The position numbers and the translations under genes are program-made. Below are positions 1-8,040 of a DNA stretch of 20,871 nucleotides, in pieces. Source of the DNA: Candidatus Methylomirabilia bacterium (lineage in GTDB: Bacteria > Methylomirabilota > Methylomirabilia > Rokubacteriales > CSP1-6). Where the stretch lies: positions 1 to 20,871 of the forward strand of contig JBHIBG010000043.1 in NCBI GenBank assembly GCA_046758965.1. The letters run 5' to 3'. How positions within the stretch are numbered: the stretch's first letter is position 1; every line of letters starts with the position of its first letter. The notes beneath the pieces were generated by a model. It did not search any database, had not been told where the DNA came from, and saw nothing but the letters and a program-made list of their open reading frames with translations.

Positions 1-70
1 AGCGCTCCCTCATACCGTCGCCTGGCGAAGGCTGCCCGCGCCTCCACGTAGGCGAGTGGTGCCGATCCAA
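1..70 (-). CDS. Possible 5' end of a gene running off the left window edge (MDRHHSPTWRRGQPSPGDGMRER...)
   Basis: Strong SD AGGAGGTGA (75..83) 4 nt before TTG at 70; frame open to the edge; TATAGT-like -10 upstream. Product not identifiable. Confidence 0.35.
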   Translation of the reverse strand, partial: MDRHHSPTWRRGQPSPGDGMRER

Positions 71-148
71 GATTTCACCTCCTGCGGAGTGAATACTATA
101 CACATGATGGGTAATCAAGCCCAAAAAAATTGCGGCTGCTGGACAGCT

Positions 149-437
149 CTATGCCTTCGTCGCGTCGAGGCTGACAACGGGCTCGTCTCCGAGCACCTCA
201 GCACTGTGCACCGCGCCCCGCGGCGCGGCCAGACAGTCACCCGGCTCAAGGATCACCCCATGGCCTTCCATCCTCATGCGAAACCGGCCGGACAGGACCG
301 CGTCGATCTTGTCGATGGCGTGCATGCGGGTACATGTATCCCGAAACGCGACAGCCCCGCTGCCCCAGTTTCTGCCGGAGCGCCGTCTCCGACAGCGGGC
401 CGTCCCGCTCGGCATCCCACCTCTCGACCTCCACCAC
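149..437 (-). pseudogene. Cupin-domain protein, frameshifted near 326
   Basis: N-part VEVERWDAERDGPLSETALRQKLGQRGCRVSGYMYP (frame of ORF 246..446) joins C-part MHAIDKIDAVLSGRFRMRM...LEPGDCLAAPRGAVHSAEVLGDEPVVSLDATKA (frame of ORF 149..415) with one extra base at 326; cupin motif 2 intact; SD AGGAG at 446..450 before GTG 437. Confidence 0.7.
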
Positions 438-467
438 CTCTCCCACTCCTCGGGCGCTCGGTACCTT

Positions 468-2867
468 CTAGCTCCAGACCCCCGGAATCTTCGCTGAACA
501 GGAGGGGCACACGCCTCGGTTGGGGGTGAGGAGGTCCTTCACGATGGTGTACCCCACCCGCTCGATGAGGAGTGCCCCGCAGGTGGGGCAGTAGGTGCTC
601 TCAAACCGCCCCACCCGGCCCGGGAGGTTTCCGGCATAGACGAAGCGCAGCCCCTCGGAGACTCCGATCTCGGCGGCGCGGAGCAGGGTCTTCTCGGTGG
701 TGTTCGCCCGATCGGTCATCCTGTACTCCTGATGAAAGGCGGTCACGTGCCACGGGATATCGGGGGAGACCGAGGCGAGGAACTTTGCGATCTCTCGGAG
801 CTCCCCGTCCGAGTCGTTGAACCCCGGGATCACCAGCGTCACGACCTCGAGCCAGAACCCCTTCGCGCGGAGACGCCCAATCGACTCCAGGACCACCTTG
901 AGGACGCCGCCCAGCTTGCGGTAGTGCTTGTCATCAAACCCCTTGAGATCCACCTTGTAGAGGTCCACCCACGGGCGGATGTACTCCAGCACCTCCGGAG
1001 TGGCGTTGCCGTTCGAGACGTAGGAGCCGACCAGCCCGCGCGCCTTCCCCTCCTTGAACACCTCAATGGCCCACTCGCTGGTGATCAGCGGCTCGTTGTA
1101 GGTGGAGGTGAGGACGCGCGCCCGATGGCGGAAGGCCATGTCGACGATCTGCTGCGCGCTCATCTGCTCGGGCGGCACCCCCGCCACGCGATCGCGCAGA
1201 GCCTGCGAGGTCAAGAAGTTCTGGCAGTTCTTCACCGAGAAGAACCCGGCGACGTAAGAGTGCTCCCCTGCCACCTCGAGGTTGTAGACTTCTCCTTCGA
1301 AAGGCTCGCTGATCACCGACCGCACCGGCACCAAGAAATGACAGTTCGACTCACGGAATTTCTGCCGGGCCCTATGCTCCCTGTACCATACGACGGTGAA
1401 CTGTTCGGGTTGGCGGCGAACGGGCCGCCCCTGAATGCATCCCTGGAAACCCACTGAAGCGACGTAGACGGAGGGAAGATATCCCAAGCGAAGAATGAGC
1501 GCGGCGATTCCGTAGGCTAGGTCTCGCGAGACGGTCGTCGCGCTCAACTTCCCTCCGCGATATTCGTGACCGTCGCCCGCAACGTAGGCGTCCAAGAACG
1601 CCTCTTGGACAGAAGCGTCAGCGGCGAATATCTCACGCGGAACCCGCTTCCGTGCGGCACCCCTCCCACACAGCGCCTCGAAGAAGAGCCCGAGCGAAGA
1701 TTTACCGACCTCAAGGGCGGTCGCGGTTGAGCGGCGGACTTCCTGAGGACGGACTCCAAACAATTGCTCTAGGGACTCTTTGACCTCATTTCTCGCTTGC
1801 TCCTCGGAATGGCTGAAGCTGAAGACGAGGTTTAAGCTGTTCGGCCGACCCTTCGAGCGCATGATAGACCCTTCAGCACAGTAGAACCCAAGAAGCCTCG
1901 CGAAGGTCTTGTCTAACGCGATAAACCTGGGAATGCCGGGCCTCCGCTCGTTGGGGAACCGAACCCTATCGCCTTCGACCATCATTCCCTGAGTCTTCTC
2001 GTACACCCAGCGACCCCGACGAACTTTACTCCGCACGTGCCGTATGTATGACGGATCTCTGCCGAGATGAACTCCGATAGCGCGCGAGGACTCGCCATTT
2101 TCTGCTGCCCGCACGAGCGCCTCGACGTCTTTCGGAGACAACGAGCGAGGGATCAAGAAGGTGGCGGCGATGGTCTTCAAGAGATCGGCCGCATCCAGCG
2201 TGATTCGCTCTCCAGGGGATAGTAGCTTGGGAACGAGCAGGAAATGCCGTGGCGTGAGATCCCTCGCCGCAACTTCTTCGAACTCGCCCGTGGAGGGGTC
2301 GGTGGTGGCCACCCACCGATGATCCGGAGTGCACCGGATGGCGGGAAGATACATCGGCCTGATGACGGACAAGGGGCCCCGGTACGAGTGTTTGAACGCC
2401 TTGACAACGGGTCTCACCTCGCCGGATGCCGCGATTACGTTCACTCCGTGCGGAAATCCCACCTGGCCATCAGGCGCGCAGATCGTTTCCCCGGCCCCAT
2501 CGAATATCGCCTTAATCGATACGACCCCCGCCGGCGTCAGAATTGGCGTGTCGCCGAGGAAACAGTAGCTGCAGTGATAGTCACATCCGAGCATCCCGAA
2601 GGAGAGCGCGCGGGCGCCGGGGTAGGCATGGAAGAACGGTTTCTTCTCGATCGGGTCGAGCTGGAGCGCGGCCACGTAGCCCGTGGGGACCATCAGGCAG
2701 CCGTCCTCGTTCCAGCGGACCTTGCAGATCCCCTTCTGGCCGGGCAGGATGAGACAGCGGTGGCCGCACGCGTAACAGCGCACGCGCCCCTCGGGGAGCC
2801 GCTCGCAGAGCTCTCCCTCGCGGGCGAGCCGGGACAGGACCTTCTCGAGGGTGACCGGTACTGCCAT
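468..2867 (-). CDS. amrS: AmmeMemoRadiSam system radical SAM enzyme, intein-containing precursor (799 aa; about 353 aa after splicing)
   Basis: N-terminal CxxCxxxC...GICKVR, DPIEKKPFFH, GCDYHCSY|CQN radical SAM motif restored after intein removal, TYNEP, VDLKGF, PWHVTAFH, YAGN, C-terminal CPTC...CPSC. Confidence 0.92.
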   Translation of the reverse strand: MAVPVTLEKVLSRLAREGELCERLPEGRVRCYACGHRCLILPGQKGICKVRWNEDGCLMVPTGYVAALQLDPIEKKPFFHAYPGARALSFGMLGCDYHCSYCFLGDTPILTPAGVVSIKAIFDGAGETICAPDGQVGFPHGVNVIAASGEVRPVVKAFKHSYRGPLSVIRPMYLPAIRCTPDHRWVATTDPSTGEFEEVAARDLTPRHFLLVPKLLSPGERITLDAADLLKTIAATFLIPRSLSPKDVEALVRAAENGESSRAIGVHLGRDPSYIRHVRSKVRRGRWVYEKTQGMMVEGDRVRFPNERRPGIPRFIALDKTFARLLGFYCAEGSIMRSKGRPNSLNLVFSFSHSEEQARNEVKESLEQLFGVRPQEVRRSTATALEVGKSSLGLFFEALCGRGAARKRVPREIFAADASVQEAFLDAYVAGDGHEYRGGKLSATTVSRDLAYGIAALILRLGYLPSVYVASVGFQGCIQGRPVRRQPEQFTVVWYREHRARQKFRESNCHFLVPVRSVISEPFEGEVYNLEVAGEHSYVAGFFSVKNCQNFLTSQALRDRVAGVPPEQMSAQQIVDMAFRHRARVLTSTYNEPLITSEWAIEVFKEGKARGLVGSYVSNGNATPEVLEYIRPWVDLYKVDLKGFDDKHYRKLGGVLKVVLESIGRLRAKGFWLEVVTLVIPGFNDSDGELREIAKFLASVSPDIPWHVTAFHQEYRMTDRANTTEKTLLRAAEIGVSEGLRFVYAGNLPGRVGRFESTYCPTCGALLIERVGYTIVKDLLTPNRGVCPSCSAKIPGVWS
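1227..2564 (-). mobile_element. Intein with LAGLIDADG homing endonuclease (446 aa, precursor residues 102-547)
   Basis: Block A CFLGDTPILT, block B RCTPDHRW, LAGLIDADG-like LLGFYCAEGS and AFLDAYVAGDG, block F VYNLEVAGEHSYVAG, block G FSVKN followed by Cys+1; removal leaves a contiguous host motif; DNA visibly less GC-skewed than the flanks. Confidence 0.95.
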
Positions 2868-3009
2868 GGTCCCCCTCAGTGTACCGCCGAAGCCATCACC
2901 TGTTCTAGGAGATCCCCCGTGACTCTGGGAGCAGACGTGGACAGAGTGCGCCCCCGCGGTACGCGCCGCCTCTCGTTCCGGGACGCGCTCGACGCGAAGC
3001 GCCCCGCCC

Positions 3010-4254
3010 CTATTTCATTCCTAGTTCCTTGAAAAATGCCGTTACGCTATCCTTCAAAACGTTAGGGCCCTGAAAAACCGCATAGTGCGCGAGCGGGCTT
3101 TCGAAACTTCCCAATCTAGCCCCCTCGATATTCTTCGCCGCTTCCTGCGCCGTGACGAAACGAAGCCATTGATCATTCTTGACGTGGATTATCAGCGTTC
3201 TCGCCTGAATTCTTCGGAGCTGATCGTTGATATTGTACCCGGGCAATGCCTCATTTCTGTACAGCAGGTCGTTCACGTCATACGCCCGGGCCCGCCTGAT
3301 GAGGTTCACTCCCTGTTCCCCCTTGGGATCCCAATAGAACACTTCCTTCTTGACCACATCCCAACCCTGCTTGACCCGAAGATCAAAACTCAACCCTGTC
3401 TGAGTGAGGACCGACCATCCGAACATCATCCCCTGATTGGGATGCCGTTCTTTCGGCAGATGGTAATAGTCCCCTCTTGTTTCGCGCCAGACGGGATCGC
3501 TCTTCATTGCCGCGGTCATGAGCTGAAAGAGCCAGCCGACCACGGGATCGTTCGCCGTGATTCCTCCAATCGGCATGATGGCCTCAACGTAATCGGGATG
3601 CAGAACAGCCCAAAGGTAGCTCTGGATGGCACCCATTGAGACCCCTGTGGCCAACTTCACCTTGCCGACGTTGAGCCCGTCCTTCAACAGGCGATAGTTG
3701 GCCTGGACCATGTCCATAAAACTGTATTGAGGAAATTTCAGCCCGAGCCCATCACTGGGTTTGCTGGCGCCCCACAGACCCAAAGCATCGAGAAATACGA
3801 CATAGTACTTATCGGTATCGATGAGCTTGCCCGGTCCGACGACAGCGCCTTTGGAAAACTTGTTGCCGGCCTGTCCCTCGTACCAGAAATTGTAGGAAAA
3901 CGCCGCGTCCCCGGAATAATAGGAGCTGATGATCACGGCGTTGATGATTCTGCCGTCGGCGTCCCGCTTGGGGGTTCCTACATCGATATACGCCAAACGA
4001 AGTGGTTTAGCCCCTAACGACTCCAGCGTAACCCCGCCCCTTCCCCCGAATGCATAGGCCGACTCATCGCCGAATTCGTATGTTCCTCCTATCTTGAATT
4101 CGGGCACGCGGTAAAACTTCTTCAGATGGCCGAGGCCTTCTATTCCGGAAGCCCTCGTCACCTCGCCGGCATGGCCATCTATCGCGAGGGTGAACAAAAA
4201 GGTGATTATTCCGATGCCCGTCGTCGCCCACTGCTGCCATCTTGTCGATCTCAT
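3010..4254 (-). CDS. Alpha/beta hydrolase, homoserine O-acetyltransferase (MetX)-like, with probable signal peptide
   Basis: VVGPGKLIDTDKYYVVFLDALG, FPQYSFMDMVQAN, nucleophile elbow GVSMG, Asp in KNDQWL, His in PLAHYAVF; hydrophobic N-terminus ending GHAG; SD GAAGGGGGG. Confidence 0.8.
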   Translation of the reverse strand: MRSTRWQQWATTGIGIITFLFTLAIDGHAGEVTRASGIEGLGHLKKFYRVPEFKIGGTYEFGDESAYAFGGRGGVTLESLGAKPLRLAYIDVGTPKRDADGRIINAVIISSYYSGDAAFSYNFWYEGQAGNKFSKGAVVGPGKLIDTDKYYVVFLDALGLWGASKPSDGLGLKFPQYSFMDMVQANYRLLKDGLNVGKVKLATGVSMGAIQSYLWAVLHPDYVEAIMPIGGITANDPVVGWLFQLMTAAMKSDPVWRETRGDYYHLPKERHPNQGMMFGWSVLTQTGLSFDLRVKQGWDVVKKEVFYWDPKGEQGVNLIRRARAYDVNDLLYRNEALPGYNINDQLRRIQARTLIIHVKNDQWLRFVTAQEAAKNIEGARLGSFESPLAHYAVFQGPNVLKDSVTAFFKELGMK

Positions 4255-4335
4255 GGTTTGACCCCCCTTCGTGAAAAGGCGCTACTCCTTCAGCCGCTCC
4301 CTCTCTGCCCGTCGTGGCGGGCCGGGGCCGGGGTG

Positions 4336-5694
4336 CTAGACGCCGAGACCCGCCTTCACCGCATCCCGCGTGATGGCGACCAGCCGGTCCACCTGCGCCT
4401 CGGTCACCACCAGAGGCGGAGCGAAGAAGACCGACTCGCCGCGGATCCGGGTCACCACGCCTCGCTTCATCATCTCCTGGCGAACGCGCGGGCCCACCTT
4501 CTGCTCCGCCGGGAAGGTGGCCTTGGTGCCCTTGTCCTTCACGAGCTCGATGGCGGCCAGGAGGCCCTTCCCTCCCCTGATGTCTCCCGCGTGCGGGTGG
4601 TCGCCGAAGGTCTGCTTGAGCCCCTCGTACAGGCGCGTCCCCATCCGTGCCGCATTCTCCCAGAGACGCTCCCGCTCCATGATCTCCACGTTCCTAATCC
4701 CGACCGCGCAACAGGTCGGGTGCCCGGAGTAGGTATAGGCGTGCATCCACCGGCTCTCCGGCGGCACCGAGTCCAGGGCCTCCTTGATCTCGCGCGTCAC
4801 CATGATCCCTCCCAGCGGGACGTACCCCGAGGTCACCCCCTTGGCGAAGGACATGATGTCTGGCTCCACGCCCCAGTGGGTCAGGGCGAACCAGTGGCCG
4901 GTGCGGCAGAAGCCCGTGATCACCTCGTCGGCGATGAAGAGCACCTGGTGGCGGGTGCAGATCTCCCTGACGCGCGGGAAGTAGTCGTCGGGCGGAACGA
5001 TGACGCCGCCACCCCCGATGATCGGCTCGGCGATGAAGGCCGCTACGGTGCCGGCCCCCTCGCGGAGGATCGCCTCCTCCAGCTCGCGCGCAGCGGCCTG
5101 CCCCACGCTCTCCCCGGGCTTGGCGCCCTCGAACCGATAGGCGTAGGGCGGCTGGATGTGGACAAAGCCCGGCACGCGCGGCTCGAACATCTTCCAGTAG
5201 AGAGCCATGCCGGTGGCGCTCATGGCCTGGAGCGTCACGCCGTGGTAGGCCTCGCGCCGGGCGATGATCTTGACTTTCTCGGGCCGACCCCTGGCTTTCC
5301 AGTAGAAGCGCGCCGTCTTGAAGGCCGACTCGTTGGATTCGGCCCCCCCGCAGGTGAAGAAGATCGCCTGCATACTCCGATACGCGAGGCCGATCAAGCG
5401 CTCCGCCAGGGTGATGGCCGGGATGTTGGACGAGCCGATGTAGTTGGAGAAATAGGCGAGGTCCTTCATCTGGGCCCCGGCAGCTTCGGCGAGCTCCGCC
5501 CGACCGTGTCCCACGTTGACGTTCCAGAGGCCGGCGAGGCCGTCGAGATACTCGCGGCCGTGCACGTCGGTGATCACCGCCCCGCGTCCCTTGACAGCGA
5601 CCAGGGGATCAGCGTGATCGATAGGGTGATGCAGGGAGTGGATCAGATGCGCGTGATCAGCCTTGACGAGGTCTGCTGGACTCTGCGGCGCCAT
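4336..5694 (-). CDS. Class III PLP aminotransferase (omega-amino acid/polyamine transaminase-like)
   Basis: YLDGLAGLWNVNVGHGR, GGAESNE, AYHGVT, AFIAEP, FIADEVITGFCRTG, SFAKGVTSGY (PLP lysine), HAYTYSGHP. Confidence 0.93.
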   Translation of the reverse strand: MAPQSPADLVKADHAHLIHSLHHPIDHADPLVAVKGRGAVITDVHGREYLDGLAGLWNVNVGHGRAELAEAAGAQMKDLAYFSNYIGSSNIPAITLAERLIGLAYRSMQAIFFTCGGAESNESAFKTARFYWKARGRPEKVKIIARREAYHGVTLQAMSATGMALYWKMFEPRVPGFVHIQPPYAYRFEGAKPGESVGQAAARELEEAILREGAGTVAAFIAEPIIGGGGVIVPPDDYFPRVREICTRHQVLFIADEVITGFCRTGHWFALTHWGVEPDIMSFAKGVTSGYVPLGGIMVTREIKEALDSVPPESRWMHAYTYSGHPTCCAVGIRNVEIMERERLWENAARMGTRLYEGLKQTFGDHPHAGDIRGGKGLLAAIELVKDKGTKATFPAEQKVGPRVRQEMMKRGVVTRIRGESVFFAPPLVVTEAQVDRLVAITRDAVKAGLGV

Positions 5695-6139
5695 GAAGAA
5701 CCCTCCCCGAAGTGAAGAAGGACCGCGACCGGTGAAGCCTCTGCGCGCTGAGGTGCTGCCGGTAGTCGCCGCCGGAGATGGGGACCGCGCGGCGACGACG
5801 GCCGTTGTACCAGTAGATCCACGCCGTCACCTGCCCCCCGCCGGTGAGGTGAACCCGCGTCTGCCGCCGGAGGTAGAGACTCCGATCCTCGGCGGCAGGA
5901 TCGTATCCCTCCTCGCGGTCCAGGACGGCGAGGAGCCCCGGCGCGCTGAAGCGATACACCTCGCCGCGAATCAGCCCGCCGTGATCCTGGACCGCGCCGG
6001 GATAGCCATCCAGGTCCAGGAGGCCGCCCCCCGCGGTTCCCGCCTCAACGAAGTCGGCTCTGCCTGCGATCAGGTGATGCAGCGGGAGCCCGCGCATGAG
6101 GGTGCCATAGACAAAGAGGAAGTCGGAGCCGCCGCTCAC
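5657..6139 (-). CDS. Gamma-glutamylcyclotransferase (GGCT/AIG2-like) family protein
   Basis: LFVYGTLMRG, YPGAV, GEVY, LDREEGY, LYLR, AWIYWY, ISGGDY motifs. Start placed at GTG 6139; the ORF track start 6226 overlaps the upstream microprotein tail. Start uncertain. Confidence 0.85.
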   Translation of the reverse strand: MSGGSDFLFVYGTLMRGLPLHHLIAGRADFVEAGTAGGGLLDLDGYPGAVQDHGGLIRGEVYRFSAPGLLAVLDREEGYDPAAEDRSLYLRRQTRVHLTGGGQVTAWIYWYNGRRRRAVPISGGDYRQHLSAQRLHRSRSFFTSGRVLHGAAESSRPRQG

Positions 6140-6191
6140 TGCCCCGGCTGACTGAGCCGCGCGGTGGTCGACAGAAGAGAGGCGAGCCGTC

Positions 6192-6344
6192 TCACGAGTC
6201 GGGCTTTCGGACTTCCGGCTCCTCACGGGAGCACGTCGCTGTGCTCTGTCAGGTGGGGACTCCGAAGCGTGGCAACACCCACTGCCTCAGAACCAGCAAG
6301 CCGACGATCAGGCCCCCGCCCACGAGGATTTCGGTCCACGTCAT
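6192..6344 (-). CDS. Putative 50-aa single-pass membrane selenoprotein MTWTEILVGGGLIVGLLVLRQWVLPRFGVPT-U-QSTATCSREEPEVRKPDS (31 aa if TGA 6249..6251 is a stop)
   Basis: Not in the ORF track. ATG overlaps the upstream stop (ATGA, 6341..6344); SD GGAGGGGG; hydrophobic helix; in-frame TGA at codon 32 followed by a hairpin and a Cys six codons later. Confidence 0.65.
6229..6246 (-). promoter_or_regulatory. Candidate SECIS-like hairpin of the microprotein
   Basis: mRNA GAGCAC-AGCGAC-GUGCUC, a perfect 6-bp stem at +3..+20 after the UGA. Confidence 0.5.
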
Positions 6345-7000
6345 GTCAGATTTCCCCCTCCGTTCGCGGCCCGGAGCACGGCATCCAGGAACTGGCGTTC
6401 CGGAAGTGCCCCTTCGAACTGGACCCGGTCGTTGATGATGATCTTCGGCACGGCCATCACCGCGTACTTGCGGGAGAGGGCCGGGAACTCGGTGGCCTCG
6501 ATGCAGTCGGCGCGGAGCCGGGGGGACGCCACCGCCATGTGCTGAGCCAGGCGCACGGCCCGGGGGCAGTGCGGTCAGGTCGGGGTGGTGAACACCATGA
6601 TGTGAACCGGCTTGGCCAGCGCAGCAAGGGTCTCCCTAGTCTCCTGAGCGAGCGCTGGCTCCCCCGTCGAGGCCACAACGATCGCGTCGACCAGGTTGGT
6701 AAACTCGTAGCCTGACGGGAGGCCGAAGAAGCGAATGCCGTAGTCGCGCTCCCCTTCCACCACGATGGCGGGGACCCGATCCACCTCGTAGGCCTCAGCG
6801 CTCTCACGGTCCAGCACCAGGTTCAAAACCCTCGCTGAGACCTTGTCCGAGCAGTCGGCCACCTCCTTGGCAAGCCATTCGGTCTGCCGGCAGGCCTCCG
6901 ATCCCAGTTCTTGGGAGAAGACGGTCAGCGTCACGGGATTGGTGAGCTTCTGGAACTCCCTCCGGACTGCCTCGACGTCTCTCTCGGAAAGAATCGCCAT
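6341..7000 (-). CDS. Protein disulfide oxidoreductase (two thioredoxin folds, PDO/AhpF-N-like) selenoprotein, 219 aa, Sec142 in UPHC
   Basis: ORFs 6575..7132 and 6341..6556 share a frame and join across TGA 6575..6577 as VFTTPT-U-PHCPRAVRLA...VMAVPKIIIN...FEGALPE; RFFGLPSGYEF family motif; SD GAGGAGGAG before ATG 7000. Confidence 0.92.
6552..6573 (-). promoter_or_regulatory. Candidate SECIS-like hairpin of the PDO gene
   Basis: mRNA CGCAC-U-GCC-CCCG-GGC-C-GUGCG at +2..+23 after the UGA. Confidence 0.5.
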
Positions 7001-7030
7001 CCGGATCTCCTCCTCTGAAATCCCCCCGCC

Positions 7031-7036
7031 ATTATA
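7031..7036 (-). promoter_or_regulatory. Sigma70-type -10 element for the PDO-microprotein-GGCT-aminotransferase unit
   Basis: Perfect TATAAT in very GC-rich intergenic DNA, 30 nt upstream of ATG 7000; no good -35. Confidence 0.55.
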
Positions 7037-7168
7037 CCTCGCTCCGCGGCGACCGGCTACCGCGCCACCGGCAGGTCGTCGCGGCTCCCCCGCTCCGCCC
7101 AGGAGCGGTCGTAGCCAACCCCCCGCGGCCACCCAAGGAGCCTCAGGACGAAACCAGCGCTTCCTCCT

Positions 7169-7963
7169 CTACCGTCCCTGAAAGTTGGCTGATCGCTTCT
7201 CGACAAAGGCGCGCACCGCCTCGTGATGGTCCTCAGTCCTGAAGGTCTGGGCCTCCAGGGCCAGCGAGGTGTCGAGCACCAGATTTACGGCCGCTTTGAG
7301 AAGCTTGTTAACCGAAACCTTGGTCCACTTCACCGCCAGGATGGGGCCGCCGGCGAGCCGGTGGGCGAACTCGAGGGCTCGGCCGAGAGATTCGGCCGCG
7401 GGCACCACGTGGTTCACCAGGCCGATCCGCTCCGCCTCCTGGGCAGCGAGGAGGTCACCCGTCATCAGGTACTCCTTGGCGTGGGCGGGGCCGACGAGCC
7501 ACGGCCAGATCACCGCGCCGCCATCACCTGCGACAATCCCCATCTTCACGTGGGGATCGCCGATCTTCGCGGTATCGGCCATGAAGATCGTATCGCAGAA
7601 GAGGGCCAGCGTCGCGCCGAGCCCGGTGGCGTGGCCGTTGACCGCCGCGATCAGCGGGGCCTCGAGATCCAGGAGGTCAGAGATGATCTTCCTCGCCTCC
7701 CACTGGACCAGGTCAAACGCCCGGGGGTCCGCCTGGAGCTCCTGGAACCACTCCACGTCCCCTCCGGCCGAGAAGGCGCGTCCGGCTCCCGTGAGGACGA
7801 TGGCGCGGGCCTCCGGGTCCCTGGCGACATCCCCGAAGATTCTGGCCAGTTCGGCGTGGAGGGTGGCGTTGATGGCGTTGAGCTTCTCCGGCCGGTTCAG
7901 CGTCAGGACCAGCACGGTCCCGTCACGCTTGACTTCGACCATTTGATAAGCCGAGTACCTCAT
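7169..7963 (-). CDS. Enoyl-CoA hydratase/isomerase (crotonase) family protein
   Basis: LTLNRPEKLNAIN, LTGAGRAFSAGGD, PLIAAVNGHATGLG, DPHVKMGIVAGDGG, AERIGLVNHVV, AFVEKRSANFQGR. Confidence 0.93.
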   Translation of the reverse strand: MRYSAYQMVEVKRDGTVLVLTLNRPEKLNAINATLHAELARIFGDVARDPEARAIVLTGAGRAFSAGGDVEWFQELQADPRAFDLVQWEARKIISDLLDLEAPLIAAVNGHATGLGATLALFCDTIFMADTAKIGDPHVKMGIVAGDGGAVIWPWLVGPAHAKEYLMTGDLLAAQEAERIGLVNHVVPAAESLGRALEFAHRLAGGPILAVKWTKVSVNKLLKAAVNLVLDTSLALEAQTFRTEDHHEAVRAFVEKRSANFQGR

Positions 7964-8040
7964 GATTCCCTCCCTCTCCTCTCCGGGCTCGCTACGATCG
8001 ATGGCCCCTCACGCGGGAGGCGAGGTCCGGCATGAGAGCC

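Noticed and set aside
2878..2883. TACACT -10-like hexamer upstream of amrS
   Set aside because: Plausible, but no -35 and awkward spacing relative to the SD-like GAGGGGG; too weak to call.
4126..5715. 529-aa plus-strand ORF (also 7223..8035, 8032..9054, 16260..17309)
   Set aside because: Antisense shadows of well-supported minus-strand genes; typical of high-GC DNA; no recognisable motifs.
7001..7132. N-terminal extension of ORF 6575..7132
   Set aside because: The SD and TATAAT place the start at ATG 7000; the extension is low-complexity.
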